From a virus (lineage: Duplodnaviria; Caudoviricetes): a stretch of 64,000 bases of DNA. Numbering within the stretch: position 1 is the first letter of the stretch; each line of letters starts with the position of its first letter. Location of the stretch: positions 32,001-96,000 of IMG/VR virus record IMGVR_UViG_3300048881_000698; one strand, 5' to 3'. This document shows, one piece after another, positions 37,201-46,740 of this stretch. Below the pieces are notes generated by a model, which saw only the letters and a list, made by a program, of their open reading frames with translations, searched no databases and was not told the origin of the DNA. The translations under genes and the position numbers were made by a program.

Positions 37201-37436
37201 AATGAACCCTCGCTGGCTTTATTTGTCGATGAAAGATCAAAGCTCTTATTTAAATCAAGCCGATCTACTTTTAAAATGTTCACAGGCTCGCTTACCAGAC
37301 TATGTTTACGATCAATCTTTGCATCATAATCAGAATAATCTTTCCCGTGAACTCCGCTAAAAAATGACATAAAATCTTTTATAAAGCACTGTTCTGAGTA
37401 AGGGCCAATTCCTTTGTCTTCGTCTGTTACCGCCAT
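34236..37436 (-). CDS. Large baseplate hub-like protein
   Basis: Position after LysM-like gene; C-terminal YGNTVIKPGQYIYI...LGLGGYFFITKV typical of hub proteins. Confidence 0.55.
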   Translation of the reverse strand: MAVTDEDKGIGPYSEQCFIKDFMSFFSGVHGKDYSDYDAKIDRKHSLVSEPVNILKVDRLDLNKSFDLSSTNKASEGSLTFVSKLSSPHAQMMIESVPKELMANLQPEIKIFKIYYRGPEDKEGVPIELPFNNFLNPSENKGMGTTWEGAAYSGLNAASPGHLGVGLKEFSYDYLGTNPAEVDYFIDVQMKLWFSTVDAMFHKYPLPPAVKEVLNETGAWSDGRLEHEYVSFADLITRPTWGYDPQHPQPGHLSWDPKYFRIRIDIGYAPPTDEFLESAHKELSMFGKETSKEYAENLRKAISSVKVSFFLNLLRHTFGFRSDVPSGPFELDIKYNGAVESALYSRDANILRSEEHSNEKLEKLRKEPVYMWLQTLHEKIINNSNNDGSFDPSKYNFSTFFEDKEGFGLAGSKTLKHKKSEELFEIMGSFSEAFPTNRGDYNPEETGINTSRFKSSALKTWGYGEKHPMVDVFHAYYITKRMWDKELRKHGISDAQIRARRYGRILEELSEKKGRPGVTNVTRPSRIYTIALDASADILPWRKISVERMLTEAEQEEIKEIGQEGGGEKSRAKIEEVRRRRDARVNYGVAGSTDSVYKMRKRILKKLHDKVEHSSGKLVQRDKTKAGNYTNNVQTYVDGKRTKGAVPAKKFQQAKKNLQNKSKAPTRGMKNITWFYFGDLIDAALNIVRSGARDGMGLDIWYAPNYDSSDQPIYKPHSSGALRVILGDVTYLDPIEGKPVTINLTDLPISYELFREFWFAHVVNEMREKYSFKAFLKDAMNELVVAALTNKCVLTGEPVMGIRPHIAHISLASDAPRKVYAARPVGDFVSSAADNDERGADRVWRAQIRDTVPAAGDPAVAHETHQTDGAVQRLKEHAHMLAPLTESQSIYENFGKDTQKNAQEIIYVCATTDTAVTLLSGDKAKDIKNGILYLEVGTDGTPVESISFDKQDMPWYLEAKGAQSGFKDDPIELSEPYKCNFSIYGNTVIKPGQYIYIRLPHFGLPGTLHSPSRRLGLGGYFFITKVRNSLILRGNKFDWTTDANCIWNSFGGTKRSVSIDTNPNNK

Positions 37437-37447
37437 AAAATTTCCTG

Positions 37448-37801
37448 CTACTGAGTGTTAGATGAATAAAATAAATGCAAAACATCTGATAGAGGGAACG
37501 GAATATGTAGGACGTCACCATGCTTAAAATCAGACTCCAGCGGCTTTTGATTAAACCATGGTATTATCCACCACAATTTTGTTGTGCCATATGCCTCGTT
37601 CGAAAGCTTAAAAAATTTATCTCCGGTTTTCCATATGTGACTTCGTGTGTTCAAGGACGCAATGTCTGCTGAGGATACATCTTTAAATTCTGCAGTGTTG
37701 TACTGGATTATGTGTGGGAGGCCTCTCTCTGCAAATATTTCACGGTATCTGGAGGAGCCATTATTAAAAGCTACCCTGTTGTCTAATCTTCTACTACTCA
37801 T
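37448..37801 (-). CDS. LysM-type baseplate wedge protein (gp53-like)
   Basis: HIWKTGDKFFKLSNEAYG...WWII...N...GDVLHIP. Confidence 0.75.
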   Translation of the reverse strand: MSSRRLDNRVAFNNGSSRYREIFAERGLPHIIQYNTAEFKDVSSADIASLNTRSHIWKTGDKFFKLSNEAYGTTKLWWIIPWFNQKPLESDFKHGDVLHIPFPLSDVLHLFYSSNTQ

Positions 37802-38697
37802 CCACTTCCTAGGCTCCTTTGCACAAGGGCTTCATTGACTCTACTAAGTTGATCCGTACTGACCACAGCCCAAGACTCTAAAAGAACATCGCCTTCAGAA
37901 GTATACGCATAAGGATAGTTAGGTCTTGTAAATTTTACTTTTGTGCCGCCAGGGCCCTCATCATATACTTTCCAGGCTGGCATCTGTTCGTTAAACGGGA
38001 AAAATGTAAAAGACAAGTTGATAAGCTGGGGATATAAAAATCCGGTGTCTCCTTCATCATGAAAAAATCCGGAAGGCAAATCAAAACTATAGTTTATATT
38101 TCCAATGTACCCTGTTAATCCGTCAATTTTGGCGGGGCCACGCGGGTTTTGGTTAGGACCAGTAATTAAATTTTTAAACTTAACCTTGAAAATTGGATCC
38201 CCTCCCGTTTTGATATGGGCACGTTTAACATTCCAGCCGTCGCCGCCGACATGAGACTCATCGGCAAGCGGATATATCATCTTAACCAATAACCCCAGCG
38301 AATGTAAATTAGTTTTAGCCTGAAAAGTGTTGCTGGCTGGTAGATCTATACCAATTTGTATTTGTCTGTCAACAGCTCTCATTTTTCTTATCGGCTCAGC
38401 ATGGCCAACAAAAGTATTGACATCCAAAGCTGTATCAAAACTATCCTGAAATGAGGTCAAGAATGCTTTAAAAACAACGCGGGCTTTAGCATGAAGTGCA
38501 TAAATATCAAGATACAAACCATGCTGATTGGTAAGGTGATCTGAATAATCTGTATATTTTCCAAGGTCAGGCTTAGGCCATGTTCTAAACTGTGCGAATT
38601 TGTCTCCCGCGAATTTGAAGGGATTACCTTCGCCAGATGTGCGTGTGGCGGATCCAACTGGGACTGGTGCCGCGACGGTGGGTGTGGGGTCTGCCAA
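37798..38697 (-). CDS. Baseplate / tail-tube initiator-like protein
   Basis: FKAFLTSFQDSF...GHAEPI...RQI...P; follows the tape measure; TTG start after AGGAG. Confidence 0.55.
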   Translation of the reverse strand: MADPTPTVAAPVPVGSATRTSGEGNPFKFAGDKFAQFRTWPKPDLGKYTDYSDHLTNQHGLYLDIYALHAKARVVFKAFLTSFQDSFDTALDVNTFVGHAEPIRKMRAVDRQIQIGIDLPASNTFQAKTNLHSLGLLVKMIYPLADESHVGGDGWNVKRAHIKTGGDPIFKVKFKNLITGPNQNPRGPAKIDGLTGYIGNINYSFDLPSGFFHDEGDTGFLYPQLINLSFTFFPFNEQMPAWKVYDEGPGGTKVKFTRPNYPYAYTSEGDVLLESWAVVSTDQLSRVNEALVQRSLGSG

Positions 38698-38748
38698 AAC
38701 TGCTTTCTCCTACTCTATAACTTAAATAGCCAATTTAATAAATTTTGT

Positions 38749-41100
38749 CTATGTGGGAGTCACTTTAATCCTGCCATTGTCATCCATGATAGTTAAAACA
38801 GCCTGAGTGAGGGCGCGCCCTCCGGCATTAAAATTAATTGGTTGGTTATAAACCTTTTGTGGGCGCGCGGCGCCGCCTCCGCCGCCTCCGGCCACCTCTC
38901 TTTTGGACTCGATCATATATCTTATAATAGATTCGCTGCTATCTTTTTTAAGATGGATGGTTGCCTTTGCATAGTTTTCTGCCGCTCTTGCAATGTCTCT
39001 TGTGCGAGAAGAATCGGAAGAATCAACTGCCTTGGTTGTGTTAACCATCTGTGAAAAAGTTCCTATCGTCTCCCGCGCAGCTGGACCAACTTCTGCCAGC
39101 CTCTCGGTCGCTCTTATCACTTCCTCGTACCCTGAAACTTGCATACCGAATACAAAATCTTTCGTTGCGCCGCCGACGCTCTTCATCGCGCTAGCTAGAT
39201 GAGATAACTGTGGCACTAAGCCTGAACCTGCTATACTCATGGCTGCAGTAGTGGCAGACCCCCCAAGTTGACGAAGGCCGCTCGAAAGCTGGTGGGATGC
39301 GTCCACAAGGTTTGGGGAACTTTTCTTTTCTACCATATTACGGTAAAGCATCGCTATTCCGCCAACGGCTAAAATTGTAAGGGCGCCATTGAGACCAGTA
39401 CTTAGTACTTTCAATGATGTTAATGCAACTGTTAATGATCTTACCACCTGTGTAAGTTTGACAAAGGCTCCTACTCCAGCCATAACTGCTACGACTGTTC
39501 GACCTTCAGTAGTTGCAGCAAATTTAGCAAACCAATCAACCATACCTATAAGCTTATTAAGCAAAGGCTCCATACTGGTGGCCAGAGTCATAAACGAAAG
39601 TCTGAGCCTGTCAGCAATTGCCTTTGTGCGGCGGCCGGCCTCTTCCAATTTTTCTTGTTTGGCGCGAGCGGCTTCCATTTTGGCTGTAGCCGCACTGAGA
39701 GAGTTACCAAAGAACTGGCCAGCATCTCCAACACTTCTAAACCCAGCTGCGGTTGCAAGAGCTTGTCTTTCAAACCTACCTAGAGATTGCCATGTTCGTC
39801 CGGAAGCCTGAAGTGTTTGGTGCAACAGCGCTAGTCTTTCTTTTTCATTTGCATAGACCATCTGAAGACTGTTAAGATACGTTCCCCCCAAGATACCGTT
39901 CAATCTACCAACAGCGTTTGCTGCGCTATCAAAAGTATCAAAATTAGCTGCGACTGTAAAAAGTGTCTGCATTGCCAAGCCAGAAGCTCTTGACTGTTTG
40001 GCTAGGCCAGTCAAAACGATTGTAGCTTGTTGTCCATATTTAGCCAGTTGAGGCATTAAAGCATTGGCTTGTTGCAGAGCAGAATTAACATTCAACTGTA
40101 AAGACTGAGCCATATTGACAAAAGCACTTGTAGCTTGAATTGCTCGCTGCCTACTCATGCCTAGAGTTTGTGTCATTGTTTGCATATAACTGGTTGTTGA
40201 CCGGATATCAACGCCAGCTTCGCTTAGCTTTGAAACAAACAAAGCTACCTCTGTTCTAGCTGACTCTGATGCTCCTTTGAACATTGTCATATTGTTATAA
40301 AGTTCTGCATGGGCGGCGCCTGCTGCGCGCGCATCTAAACCCAAGTTTTTTAAGGCAGTAGATGTTTGTATCACAGAACCTCCAAACCTATCGGCCGCGC
40401 CTGTAGATGCAAAAAATTTAGCACGTAGACCGTCTTGAACGACCATCAATTGTTCAGTGGTCGAAGCCCAAAAACCCATAGCCTTGTTAGCAATTGCAAC
40501 TGATGGCCCAGCCAAACTTCCAATACCTTGATAACTACTTATTATATTCTTTAATTGAAAAGCAATACCGCCAACAGCATTGGCCATGCCGCCAAGAACA
40601 GTTTGGTTAAAATTAGTTCCAACACCAACCAACCCTCCTAATTTACTAGCTAGTCCATTAAATGCTGCGGCCTGCTTTCCTAATTCAATGGTCGACTGTA
40701 CTTGTATTGAAAGTATTCTCGCCTGCTGTGTACGTACATTTTCGTTAACAGCTAAAAGCGATCTAATTAAATTTAACTTTTCCCCTAGGGCTGCGACTTC
40801 TTCCGCAGTCATACGGCTAGTCGCAGAAACGGTCGTCATAATTTTTTCAAGGTGATCTGCTTCACTCTGTAGGATCGTGTCTCCAGACTGATAAAGTCTA
40901 ATTAATTCTTGCCGCTCTCTCGTGAGGGATTGCAGTTTGGTGAGCGCTTGACCATAAGCGCTCGTTTCTTTCCCTTGCAGATGAAGAACCTTTTGCTGCA
41001 GCTCGATTTGTGCTTCGAGTTGCTTCATATACGTGCCCTGTGCCGCGATTAAAGCGGCAACATCTGCTGGTGATGGTGTTGGCGGAGGAGGAGCTGGCAT
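38749..41100 (-). CDS. Tape measure protein
   Basis: 783-aa Ala/Gln-rich helical protein downstream of tube and chaperone genes. Confidence 0.75.
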   Translation of the reverse strand: MPAPPPPTPSPADVAALIAAQGTYMKQLEAQIELQQKVLHLQGKETSAYGQALTKLQSLTRERQELIRLYQSGDTILQSEADHLEKIMTTVSATSRMTAEEVAALGEKLNLIRSLLAVNENVRTQQARILSIQVQSTIELGKQAAAFNGLASKLGGLVGVGTNFNQTVLGGMANAVGGIAFQLKNIISSYQGIGSLAGPSVAIANKAMGFWASTTEQLMVVQDGLRAKFFASTGAADRFGGSVIQTSTALKNLGLDARAAGAAHAELYNNMTMFKGASESARTEVALFVSKLSEAGVDIRSTTSYMQTMTQTLGMSRQRAIQATSAFVNMAQSLQLNVNSALQQANALMPQLAKYGQQATIVLTGLAKQSRASGLAMQTLFTVAANFDTFDSAANAVGRLNGILGGTYLNSLQMVYANEKERLALLHQTLQASGRTWQSLGRFERQALATAAGFRSVGDAGQFFGNSLSAATAKMEAARAKQEKLEEAGRRTKAIADRLRLSFMTLATSMEPLLNKLIGMVDWFAKFAATTEGRTVVAVMAGVGAFVKLTQVVRSLTVALTSLKVLSTGLNGALTILAVGGIAMLYRNMVEKKSSPNLVDASHQLSSGLRQLGGSATTAAMSIAGSGLVPQLSHLASAMKSVGGATKDFVFGMQVSGYEEVIRATERLAEVGPAARETIGTFSQMVNTTKAVDSSDSSRTRDIARAAENYAKATIHLKKDSSESIIRYMIESKREVAGGGGGGAARPQKVYNQPINFNAGGRALTQAVLTIMDDNGRIKVTPT

Positions 41101-41111
41101 CTAGTTCTTCC

Positions 41112-41456
41112 TTATCTCAGTGGCCATGCTAGGCCTGTTTGTGTCTCAAATTGTTGAATTGCGTTTTTTAAGCTGCTTGCGCTTTGTAAGGTACCCGGGT
41201 TATTCAATCCATACTTTTGATACTTGTCGATGTAACTACTTTCAGAAGTCAAAGCATCTACAAAGGACTGAATTTCTGATTTATTGCCAGTGAGGTTGAG
41301 GCCGCCGCCTGCACCAGCAAGTATTCTTTCGAGAGCTATAGCAACTTGAGCGCCGAAGGATTCCAAGTAATTTTCAGTCAACTTTCCGCGGCGCGCTGCA
41401 CTCAAATCAATTTCTATAGTTGTGGAAAGCTTTTCTTCATGAAGATTTTTCATCAT
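41112..41456 (-). CDS. Hypothetical protein
   Basis: 114 aa; GGAGG Shine-Dalgarno; late motif upstream. Confidence 0.7.
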   Translation of the reverse strand: MMKNLHEEKLSTTIEIDLSAARRGKLTENYLESFGAQVAIALERILAGAGGGLNLTGNKSEIQSFVDALTSESSYIDKYQKYGLNNPGTLQSASSLKNAIQQFETQTGLAWPLR

Positions 41457-41486
41457 TTTCCTCCAAAAGTGATCAAATGTAATTAG

Positions 41487-41714
41487 TTATTTATATTTGT
41501 TTTGACTACTTTTAGTCGCGGTTTGCATTTCGGCATGCTCCATGTCTAACTGTTCTGCCAATTTATTGACAAACCAATCCCTTATTCTCACAGGAAGATT
41601 GTAGGCTTCTGTGAAACTCCAGCCGCCATAATATTTCATATAGAAGAACTGTTCATAAACAGATTCAATATATTTATCGCCTAGGCCAAAAAAAGTCCGC
41701 CGTAAACGGAACAT
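41487..41714 (-). CDS. Tail assembly chaperone C-terminal extension (GT/E'/gp51-like), probably reached by frameshift
   Basis: GGWSFTEAYNLPVRIRDWF; overlaps the upstream gene at a T7 run. Confidence 0.65.
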   Translation of the reverse strand: MFRLRRTFFGLGDKYIESVYEQFFYMKYYGGWSFTEAYNLPVRIRDWFVNKLAEQLDMEHAEMQTATKSSQNKYK

Positions 41715-42534
41715 CTACCTCCTCTTCGTACCCGCACGAAGAACATGTAAAAGATTGATCCAGCGCGATGTTTGGCATTATCGTAGAATACATAAGTCTA
41801 AGATGTCTGGAATCTTGAGCCGGCATGGCATCAACAAACGAAGCAACTATCTCCGTATTACTCTCACCATTAACAGAGACAATCATCAATTTAAACTGAT
41901 CTGTCAAGATGGCCTCTGACAAATTATGTTTTTTTCGTCTTTCAGAAATTTGTGCCAGCTTTTTTTCGTCACGGCCGGTCAAAAACCGTACTTCTAAATT
42001 AATTTTAGACACTGGAAGTTCAATCGTAAACGTTCCACTTTCTGTTTCCATGACATTAGATGATTCAAGTTCTCCACCAGAATTTAATTTTTTTTGAGTT
42101 AAATCAAACATGTAATTTACAGTTTCAATACATGCTGGGCAAGTGGTTTTTGTTTCATACTCCTCGCCATAGCCAGTTATTCTTGCTGCGACGATAAGTG
42201 CATTTTTATCCCCTACTAGCAAATCATCAACTTTAATACTTTTATCGACAAGAATATTTTCTAACATTCTTTCAATTGCAACGCCCTTCTTTAAGAGAGA
42301 CCTAGAAGTTAGGATGTCTTCATCCTTTGCTGTCATATATCGTATTTCAAGTGTATCAGTACCATGCAAGGGGTGGCCACCAGGATAGTATTTGCCACCA
42401 GATGGCAATTCTACAAATTCTGTAGGTGTGGTGAAACTAAAAGTTGATTCCCTTTGTGCTGGTTGTTCAAGAGAAGGCGGAGGTGGAGAAGGCTGTACAG
42501 CGCCTACCCTGTCCTCATTATTTCTGACTGTCAT
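41674..42534 (-). CDS. Baseplate hub assembly / tail assembly chaperone (gp26-like)
   Basis: VELPSGG.YY, RYMTAKDEDIL, CPAC, CSSC, FFWP end; lies between tube and tape measure genes. Confidence 0.8.
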   Translation of the reverse strand: MTVRNNEDRVGAVQPSPPPPSLEQPAQRESTFSFTTPTEFVELPSGGKYYPGGHPLHGTDTLEIRYMTAKDEDILTSRSLLKKGVAIERMLENILVDKSIKVDDLLVGDKNALIVAARITGYGEEYETKTTCPACIETVNYMFDLTQKKLNSGGELESSNVMETESGTFTIELPVSKINLEVRFLTGRDEKKLAQISERRKKHNLSEAILTDQFKLMIVSVNGESNTEIVASFVDAMPAQDSRHLRLMYSTIMPNIALDQSFTCSSCGYEEEVDVPFTADFFWPRR

Positions 42535-42555
42535 ATTTTACCTCATTCAAATATT

Positions 42556-42583
42556 ATTATAACAGATTTTTTTTATATGTTAA
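42556..42583 (-). promoter_or_regulatory. sigma70-like promoter for the chaperone gene
   Basis: TTAACA-N16-TATAAT with an extended -10 TG. Confidence 0.5.
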
Positions 42584-42592
42584 ATCTTTTTT

Positions 42593-43147
42593 TTACGTAC
42601 CGATTGTACCGGGCGGCTTGGTATGGGTTTCCAATTCGGCAAAATCATAACGAATTGTCAACTGAATATCAAGCATCGCATCGGAATCATAAGCCAAGTT
42701 TCCAAACTTGACACTTTTGATCCAAGGGTTAACAAAACTCCAAGTTTCGAGCTTTGCGTTTTCGGCGCCACGTTGTTCAATTTGAATTTTTGGCCCAAGA
42801 GCGTCTACCGCTTCGGCCTTGGAAATGGTAAATAAACCACCGTCTTCAGTCCGGGCACCGAAGGTGCCGCCTGGCGCCCTGTACCCGGCCCTTCCCAACA
42901 CTTTCATTAAAGCTTGCGAGCTGTCAGGATCAACAGGGTCAACAAGAGTAACACTAAGCTCATCCCAACTCAACTGACCGGGATAATAAAAATAGTGTCC
43001 ATAAAAATTATGAGAAGTTTCATTGATGGAGAAGCCCGGCTTGTCAACTGACTTGATCACAAATGATTCTAGCTGAGAGTTTCTCATGAAAAGCAGCCAT
43101 CGATGTGATCGTTTTGGCTCCAAAGTACTGTCTGTCCAAAATCCCAT
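42593..43147 (-). CDS. Tail tube protein (gp19-like)
   Basis: EPKRSHRW, KSVDKP, WDELSVTLVDP, FGNLAY, LTIRYD; follows the sheath gene. Confidence 0.88.
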   Translation of the reverse strand: MGFWTDSTLEPKRSHRWLLFMRNSQLESFVIKSVDKPGFSINETSHNFYGHYFYYPGQLSWDELSVTLVDPVDPDSSQALMKVLGRAGYRAPGGTFGARTEDGGLFTISKAEAVDALGPKIQIEQRGAENAKLETWSFVNPWIKSVKFGNLAYDSDAMLDIQLTIRYDFAELETHTKPPGTIGT

Positions 43148-43206
43148 ATTTTTATTTCTCCTTAAATATCTATATTAAATAGTGTTGCTTATTAAAAGTT
43201 TCTTAA

Positions 43207-46200
43207 CTAATCGTCAAAAGAAGCTCCTGAATCTGTTATGATGAAATCCAAGGCAATGAATTCAATTGCTTGCGCAGGTTTCAAAAATACCTTGGCATAC
43301 ATAATGTTTCTATCAATCAGTTCTGGGGTTGTTGTAGTCTCATCTAGAACAACCTTAAAATCGGTCAAACCTAGACCGCCCTTGACATTGGAGAGGAACG
43401 TTTCAACCTGGCCTTTAAAGCCATTCCACGTCGCCGAAACGTTCTGTTCGAACAGAGTGGTTGCGGCAATTCGCGAGACTTGCTTCTTGATAAAGATTAA
43501 CAAGCGTCGAACATTGATTCTGTCCAATGCAGATGCTGTTACTTGCAGCGTCTTCTGTCCGAAAATCACAATGCCCTCTGCTGGGAATGTGGCAATAGGA
43601 TTGATATTGGCTGCATAAAGCTTGTCCCTATCATCAGATGAAAGTTGTAGTTTTACACCAGTTACTGGAACTCCAGCTGCTCCAGTAGACAGTCCGCCGC
43701 GAGTAAAGCCTGCAGGAGCAAACCAAAGCTCACGACGGGCTTCACTTGAACCCATTGTGCCTAAGGCGACGACGGAAGACGGAACATATAACAAAGCATT
43801 AGAAATGGTATCTCTAATCTGAACCCATGGAAAGTAAGCACATCCATAACTCGAGTTAATTTGTCGAGCCTTCAGTTTGTTTACCGCCAGAATAACATCC
43901 GGTTTTCTGGCTGATTCTGTTAAGCCAGCTTCCTCACCATCATGCGGAGGCACATAATCTTTCTCGAGATCAATGATAGCTAAAGCATCTCCGCGATCTT
44001 CACAAATACTAATGAGGTGCTCGGTAAGAGCTGGCTGCGTGATTCCGGGCATTACGGCTAAGTTCATCTCTGCTACTTCTGCGTCCCTAACACTGTCAAT
44101 TGCTCTCTTGATAGAGTAGAAAGCATAGTTGTTGGTATCAGAGCCATTAGCAGTAATAAAAGTGTTTCTAAATGGGTCTTTTTCCGTAACATCAAAGCCG
44201 TCGGAGCCTCCGTGGAAAACGGTAGTGAACCGATTGTATCCTAGGCCACTTCCAGTTAACAGCGCACTTGAACCGCTCATAGAAGTAGCGGATCCGCGCA
44301 CCCAGGGCTTAGAATCGTCAACAAGATGTGTCGCTCGTGAACCAGATGTATACGAAGCTCCAATGCTGCCAGACTCGCAAAGATTGTCTAACGAGAAAAC
44401 GTACATGTATTCGAGTTCGGTGGGACTATCGGAAACGTCCGGGCCAAGAGTGCTTATCGGTCGGAGAGTTTCCAAAAGACTGCGGTCTAATTTGGTTGAA
44501 CCACTTTTGGCCAAGTCCACGCCCCAATATTGCATGGAAGGCTTCGGCAAGTTTCCTTGGGTTCCGTGTAATTTTAGAGGGATCTTGGGGAACAAGAACG
44601 AGCCATTTAAACCAGGTGTTGTGAGAATAGCATCGGTATGTGCGATTTTGAGGGCTGCTGTCCGCGGTTCGATTTGATTTTTCGTTGGGTCTATAAAGTG
44701 ACCGTCAGCCAAATCGGTGTCGACTGTAAGCCCGGTTTTGCCGCCAGAGAAGTTGTCGGCCACCGCCACGATAAGCGGCCGGGTCGACGCTAGGGGTGTC
44801 GTCCCGGTTATATTGCCAGCATTCCCGGTAGTAGTCATGGTAAGTGTTATTCTTGTGTCTGTAGTCCCTTCCGCAGCGGTGACGCCAGGAACACCACCAG
44901 TTGCCCCATTTCCCGACGTTGCGGCTGTGACATTAACATTTGTGTCACCATTAATAGCATCAATTATCGCCGCGGTAGCAGCGGCAGAGTCGGCCAGGGC
45001 TTGAATACCAACACCAATCGTACCCGGAGCGTCAACGTCATCACCATCAGTGCTGGTATGGCTAACATAAACCCAGGTGATTGTCCCTGCGCCGCCAGCA
45101 GCCGTAGGTATGGTAAACGAGATGTTGACATTCTCGGCTGCACCGCCGGGGTTGATGTCGTCGCACTCAAGTGCGTCAACCGATGTTGCGGCAACAGCAA
45201 TTTCTGTTCCAGCATCTTTAAGCTTCGGCGGCCCAAAGAAACCAAAGGGAAGTAATCGGTCTTCGACTCCACCAGCGTGAACAGTGTCATTCATCTGCAC
45301 GTAAACATATTTTGACATGTTGGTGTAGTTGCCAAAGTGACGATATCGCCTTTCAGACTCATCCCATTCAATGTACTTGTCACCAATCTTTCTAGCAACA
45401 TAATTTGCAGAGTTTGGATTCAAATCACATGAAGTAAATCTCTCGATAACTTTTGGTGCCTTATCAAGATCATCAATTTTTCTGAGGACTACAGTAAACG
45501 TACCAAAATCACTAAGTTTATTAGTTGATGGTTTGATTGCTTCAATTGATATTTTAACGTTTTTCTGCAACCATTCTCCTTCCTCATGGGCAACAAGTTT
45601 AAACAATTGTTGTTGATTCGCAGGTTTGAAGTTTGCGGGATCTCCCATATCCTGGCTGATAAACCATCCAGTGCGAGCTTTTGATGCTTCCCTCTGTCGG
45701 TCTGCGTATTCTTCGCCCGAAGAACCTTGGTTTGTAAGACCTACAAAAACACCATGAGTAACATCATTTAAACCTGACAAACCTGTACGAGGGGAGCCAC
45801 TTTGACCATAAGTTTCCTCAGCCATTAACGACCTTTCAAACGTTTCTCCCAAGAAATACGTCTTTTGTTCAGATGCAATTGTGATACCTGAATTCGTTAG
45901 AGTTGGGTTTGTGTTAAAAACTTTTCTAATATAGTTATCAGAATTTTCATCAAAATTGAAAACAAATCTTTCCGCTGTGTTGTCGCGGACCGCGTCTTGA
46001 CTGCCTATTTGAGCAGTGAATTCAGCGCCTCTATTGGCAGTGCTCACGGCAATTGGAATACATTGTGATGCAGTTGTGGTGTGTGAAACCGCATCGCCAG
46101 CTAAGTTTGTGTGCTGCGGCGCCTGCTCCATTGTTCCAGACAAAACAATCGCGCCGGATGCGTCATCAGAATAAAATACAGCTCCCAAATTCAATTTTTG

Positions 46201-46665
46201 TTCACCGGTAGATGAGGTGGCCATCAAGAACAGGCCATAGGCGCCGCCTTTATCAGCATTTGCTCCCGTGCCGGCGCCGCCAACGTTGCCCATGTCCCAG
46301 CCGGCGTTGGCAGGCGACGGAGTAGTAGGTGTGTCGCGGTTTGGATGATGATTGCCAAGAAGTCTTACAATTGTAGCAGGGGTGTTGTTTCTTAGCCAAG
46401 CTTGAGCTGCATAGCCTCCATACATTGGAGAGCTATAATTTCCATCTCTAAATACATCGCCGCCTCTTCCACCTGGAACTGGATTTCCAAATAGCTCTAC
46501 ATATTCTGAGAAAGACTTGACCATAACAGGCCTCATTGCGGGGCCACGCTCTGTTCGACCAATAATTACTGGACCGATTTCAGGCCCAACATTTGGCAAC
46601 TGCGAGTTGTCAATTTCTTCTAGAAATATTCCTGGCGAAACAAAATTAAACTTTTTTTCGGACAT
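43207..46665 (-). CDS. Contractile tail sheath protein (gp18-like) with insertions
   Basis: FVSPGIFLEEID, GPAMRP, WFAPAGFTRG, FGQKTLQ, DRINVRRL, IEFIALDF. Confidence 0.95.
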   Translation of the reverse strand: MSEKKFNFVSPGIFLEEIDNSQLPNVGPEIGPVIIGRTERGPAMRPVMVKSFSEYVELFGNPVPGGRGGDVFRDGNYSSPMYGGYAAQAWLRNNTPATIVRLLGNHHPNRDTPTTPSPANAGWDMGNVGGAGTGANADKGGAYGLFLMATSSTGEQKLNLGAVFYSDDASGAIVLSGTMEQAPQHTNLAGDAVSHTTTASQCIPIAVSTANRGAEFTAQIGSQDAVRDNTAERFVFNFDENSDNYIRKVFNTNPTLTNSGITIASEQKTYFLGETFERSLMAEETYGQSGSPRTGLSGLNDVTHGVFVGLTNQGSSGEEYADRQREASKARTGWFISQDMGDPANFKPANQQQLFKLVAHEEGEWLQKNVKISIEAIKPSTNKLSDFGTFTVVLRKIDDLDKAPKVIERFTSCDLNPNSANYVARKIGDKYIEWDESERRYRHFGNYTNMSKYVYVQMNDTVHAGGVEDRLLPFGFFGPPKLKDAGTEIAVAATSVDALECDDINPGGAAENVNISFTIPTAAGGAGTITWVYVSHTSTDGDDVDAPGTIGVGIQALADSAAATAAIIDAINGDTNVNVTAATSGNGATGGVPGVTAAEGTTDTRITLTMTTTGNAGNITGTTPLASTRPLIVAVADNFSGGKTGLTVDTDLADGHFIDPTKNQIEPRTAALKIAHTDAILTTPGLNGSFLFPKIPLKLHGTQGNLPKPSMQYWGVDLAKSGSTKLDRSLLETLRPISTLGPDVSDSPTELEYMYVFSLDNLCESGSIGASYTSGSRATHLVDDSKPWVRGSATSMSGSSALLTGSGLGYNRFTTVFHGGSDGFDVTEKDPFRNTFITANGSDTNNYAFYSIKRAIDSVRDAEVAEMNLAVMPGITQPALTEHLISICEDRGDALAIIDLEKDYVPPHDGEEAGLTESARKPDVILAVNKLKARQINSSYGCAYFPWVQIRDTISNALLYVPSSVVALGTMGSSEARRELWFAPAGFTRGGLSTGAAGVPVTGVKLQLSSDDRDKLYAANINPIATFPAEGIVIFGQKTLQVTASALDRINVRRLLIFIKKQVSRIAATTLFEQNVSATWNGFKGQVETFLSNVKGGLGLTDFKVVLDETTTTPELIDRNIMYAKVFLKPAQAIEFIALDFIITDSGASFDD

Positions 46666-46708
46666 GCTATACGTTCTCCTCGATAAATGTGTGTAAACAA
46701 TTCTTTAA

Positions 46709-46716
46709 TAAATAGT
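46709..46716 (-). promoter_or_regulatory. Putative late promoter motif ACTATTTA before the sheath gene (representative copy)
   Basis: Same or one-mismatch motif at 2056, 4889, 8199, 10917, 20113, 38723, 41480, 43176, 49387, 50168, 53522, 54066, 61353. Confidence 0.7.
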
Positions 46717-46740
46717 CGGAAAACTTCTGAAAGGTAAAAA

